Shown piece by piece: positions 61,520-64,000 of a DNA stretch of 64,000 nucleotides. The notes under the pieces were generated by a model. The model was not told the origin of the DNA. It saw nothing but the letters and a program-made list of their open reading frames with translations, and did no database searches. Made by a program: the position numbers and the translations under genes. The stretch covers positions 212,846,001-212,910,000 of the forward strand of contig OZ024740.1 in the NCBI GenBank assembly GCA_964016885.1, written 5' to 3'. Positions within the stretch are counted from its first letter, which is position 1. Each line of letters opens with the position of its first letter. This stretch comes from Eledone cirrhosa (Eukaryota).

Positions 61520-64000
61520 CTTTATTAACTACAAGGGTTGACAAAAACAAAGTATAACATTAAGGACAACACAGTACAATATAAGACGGTACAAATGGGC
61601 ATTTCTGTGTTTAAAAAAACAAAAACAGAGGATGTAACAAAAAAAGGAAACAATGAAAAATTCCCCAGGACTTCCAAGGTTCGCTCATGGAGAACGTCAC
61701 GGTTACCCTGACCACTAGGGCAAGTGCCCTCTTCCAGCTTTCCTCCCACTATGCTACAGGCACACGCTCATGGTAGGCCCATTCACATGGGCCATTCTAG
61801 CCTCTCTCACCCACCTTTTAACAAACTGGCTGGAAGGCAGCACTTCCCTCTCCACCCTGATTTTCCTTTTCAGGTGAACCCTGAAAAAGTTAATGAGGGT
61901 GTCACCGAAGAGGAAAGTACCCATCTTCAACTCTTTCAGACGTGTCCACCATACGATCTCTTTTACCATGGCCACCAGGTTAAAGGAAGGCGTCTGGGCA
62001 AATCCTCATGATGGACTCAGCTGATAGCCAGATCCGTTCTACACGTGACAGCAGGTGTTTGACATAAACTCACGAGTCAGTAATGCTTGGACACTGGCCA
62101 CAAGCGTGCAGGACAGTTTCATCGCCCTGCACGCATCTCGAATAGGCCCAGCTGAGGGCACTTCCATGCCTGTAGACTTTATCCCGAACTGGCAAGGCTC
62201 CTCAGTAGCACTGCCAGGCCAGGGATTTCTGGAAGTTGTCCATGGACCCCAGCCCGAAAGTTCTCCCGAAGAGATTGGCTAATTGGTTTTCATCGACACC
62301 CAGAGCCTCCCCAAGGACGTCATCGCTCTTTCCCTCCACTAACCCTCTATAGAACACCAAGGTGGAGTTTCCACCGATCGTATTGCTCGGCTGGTTGAGG
62401 GCTGTAAGTGCCTGAAGACATTCCAGTCACCAAACGCTTCCTCTCAGTCTTCGCTTGACCCAGGACTTCAACTCCGCCAAGGAGATGAGCTGGAGAAACA
62501 CGCGTCTAGCAAAGGGCGACACACCTGATCACCGTCGAGGAAGAGGTGGAGATGCCGTGCCTGAGCGCATGTCTGATCATCAGAGCACGTCCCTTCCACA
62601 AAAAGCGAAAGAGCAAACGCTTCAACACAGTCAGGCGAGGCTTAGGACAAGGCACGATGGTCAGGCGGTAGTAGATGAATGACGCGATGTACGCATTCGC
62701 CACCTCCACTCGACCTTTCAGGGATAGGTTCCTCTCAGCCCATTTCTGGGTGAGAGAGGCCACCCTGCTCGTCACCTCGTCCCAGATTTTGTCCGTCTGG
62801 AGGTCCAGACTGAACCAGACCTCTAGCAATTTAATTGGTCTGTCTGTCCAGCGCCCGACGATGCTGTTGGACAGCATGGACCTGCCTCTCCAGGTGCCGA
62901 GCTGCAGACCCACTGACTTTTCCTGGTTGATCATTGTTCCTGTCACCGCCTCGTATTCTCTTAGTAAGGTGCCGATCGCGTCGATGTGTTTGGCATTCAA
63001 CACCACTACAGTCACGTCAACTGCATATGCTGACATGGTTCTTACGCATCCCAGTTCGCCTCCTCAACGTCTCCAGTTTGTGCAGTAATGGCTCGAGAGT
63101 CAAAACGTACAACAGGGATGAGAGAAGACATCCTTGGCGGACAGAGCACATGATGTTAAATGGTTCCAAAAGGTGACCATTCACTCTCACCACAGAGCAG
63201 ATGTCGCTGTGCAAGGCATCAATCCAGCTTCTGAAGACAGGCCCAAAGCCAGCCGCCCTCAGGACTGCCACCAGATAGTGATGGTCAACCCTATCGAAAG
63301 CTTTAGACTGATCTAAATTGATCAAGGACCCACCAGGGCCAGGTTCCCTAGCTACCCTCTCCACAATGTATCGCATGAGGATGGATCTGTCTGGAATGCC
63401 GCATGTCTGCGCCTCTCCCACCAGACCACCGACGACAAACGCCAACCTCTTTGCTAGCACCTTAGCCAAAATCTTGAACTCTGTGTTTAGCAGAGTTATG
63501 GGCCTGAAATTATCTATGTTATCCCCCTTGTTCGGATCTTTTCTCAGCAGTGCCACCGCTCCTCGGCTCACAGAGCTGGGAATTCTCCCGTTCTGTTGCC
63601 AGTTGCAGTAGATGTCCGCCAAGAGGTCTCCGAACAAGTCTGACATCTGTACGTAAAGTTCGTAGAGCAGACCCTCCAAACCAGGTGATTTACCCATTGT
63701 GCACTCAGTCATTTCCTCCCGTACTTCAGCAGCTGTTATCGGCTTTTCGCAACACTCCGCCTCAGTGGCCAAGAGCCACAGCAGTCTGTCGAGGTAGGCA
63801 TTAAAGTCCATCCCGCGATCCGGCCCGCCGCTGCCCCCGAACCACAAAGTGTCACTGAAAAGCCACACACATCTGCCCGGGACCGAGTAGCATGCGCCCA
63901 TCGTGGTCCGCCAAAGACCGGATCGTGGTTTTGTTGCCACGACACGCTTCCACCACCCAGGCCCATTGAACGGCTTTCGTCCCCTCGTGTCTAAGAGCAT
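61520..64000 (-). mobile_element. Tx1-type LINE, 3' part of ORF2 and 3'UTR (runs off the window end)
   Basis: KSPGLEGL, NFRPITLLNTEFKILAKVLA, DQSKAFDRV, SVRQGC, SAYAVDV, RWVREARMAHVNGPT; AATAAAGAAAGAAAG tail. Confidence 0.9.

Overview
Eukaryotic (animal) repeat-dense DNA with no confidently identifiable host gene, rRNA, tRNA gene or CRISPR array. The SINE families and huge (TA)n tracts resemble octopus/cephalopod DNA (inference). The window is a nest of mostly decayed transposable elements. It holds six L1-clade Tx1-type LINE copies, all on the minus strand and one near full length; three R4/Dong-like RLE LINE copies; CRE-like RLE fragments; a near-complete RTE and a 5'-inverted RTE-like element; three Penelope-like elements and a hammerhead ribozyme; a Chapaev3 DNA transposon with intact TIRs that carries Helitron sequence; a composite non-autonomous Helitron; CR1 and Ty3/Gypsy fragments; and tRNA-derived SINEs. 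The most striking observation is in the Tx1-type LINEs. A consensus 5' splice donor overlaps the ORF1 stop codon, and a consensus 3' acceptor coincides with the ORF2 stop codon, in several diverged copies. ORF2 could therefore be spliced out exactly like an intron, giving an ORF1-only mRNA with a new basic C-terminus. This is a hypothesis from sequence alone. Coordinates were read by eye, and element boundaries lacking TIR/TSD support are approximate.
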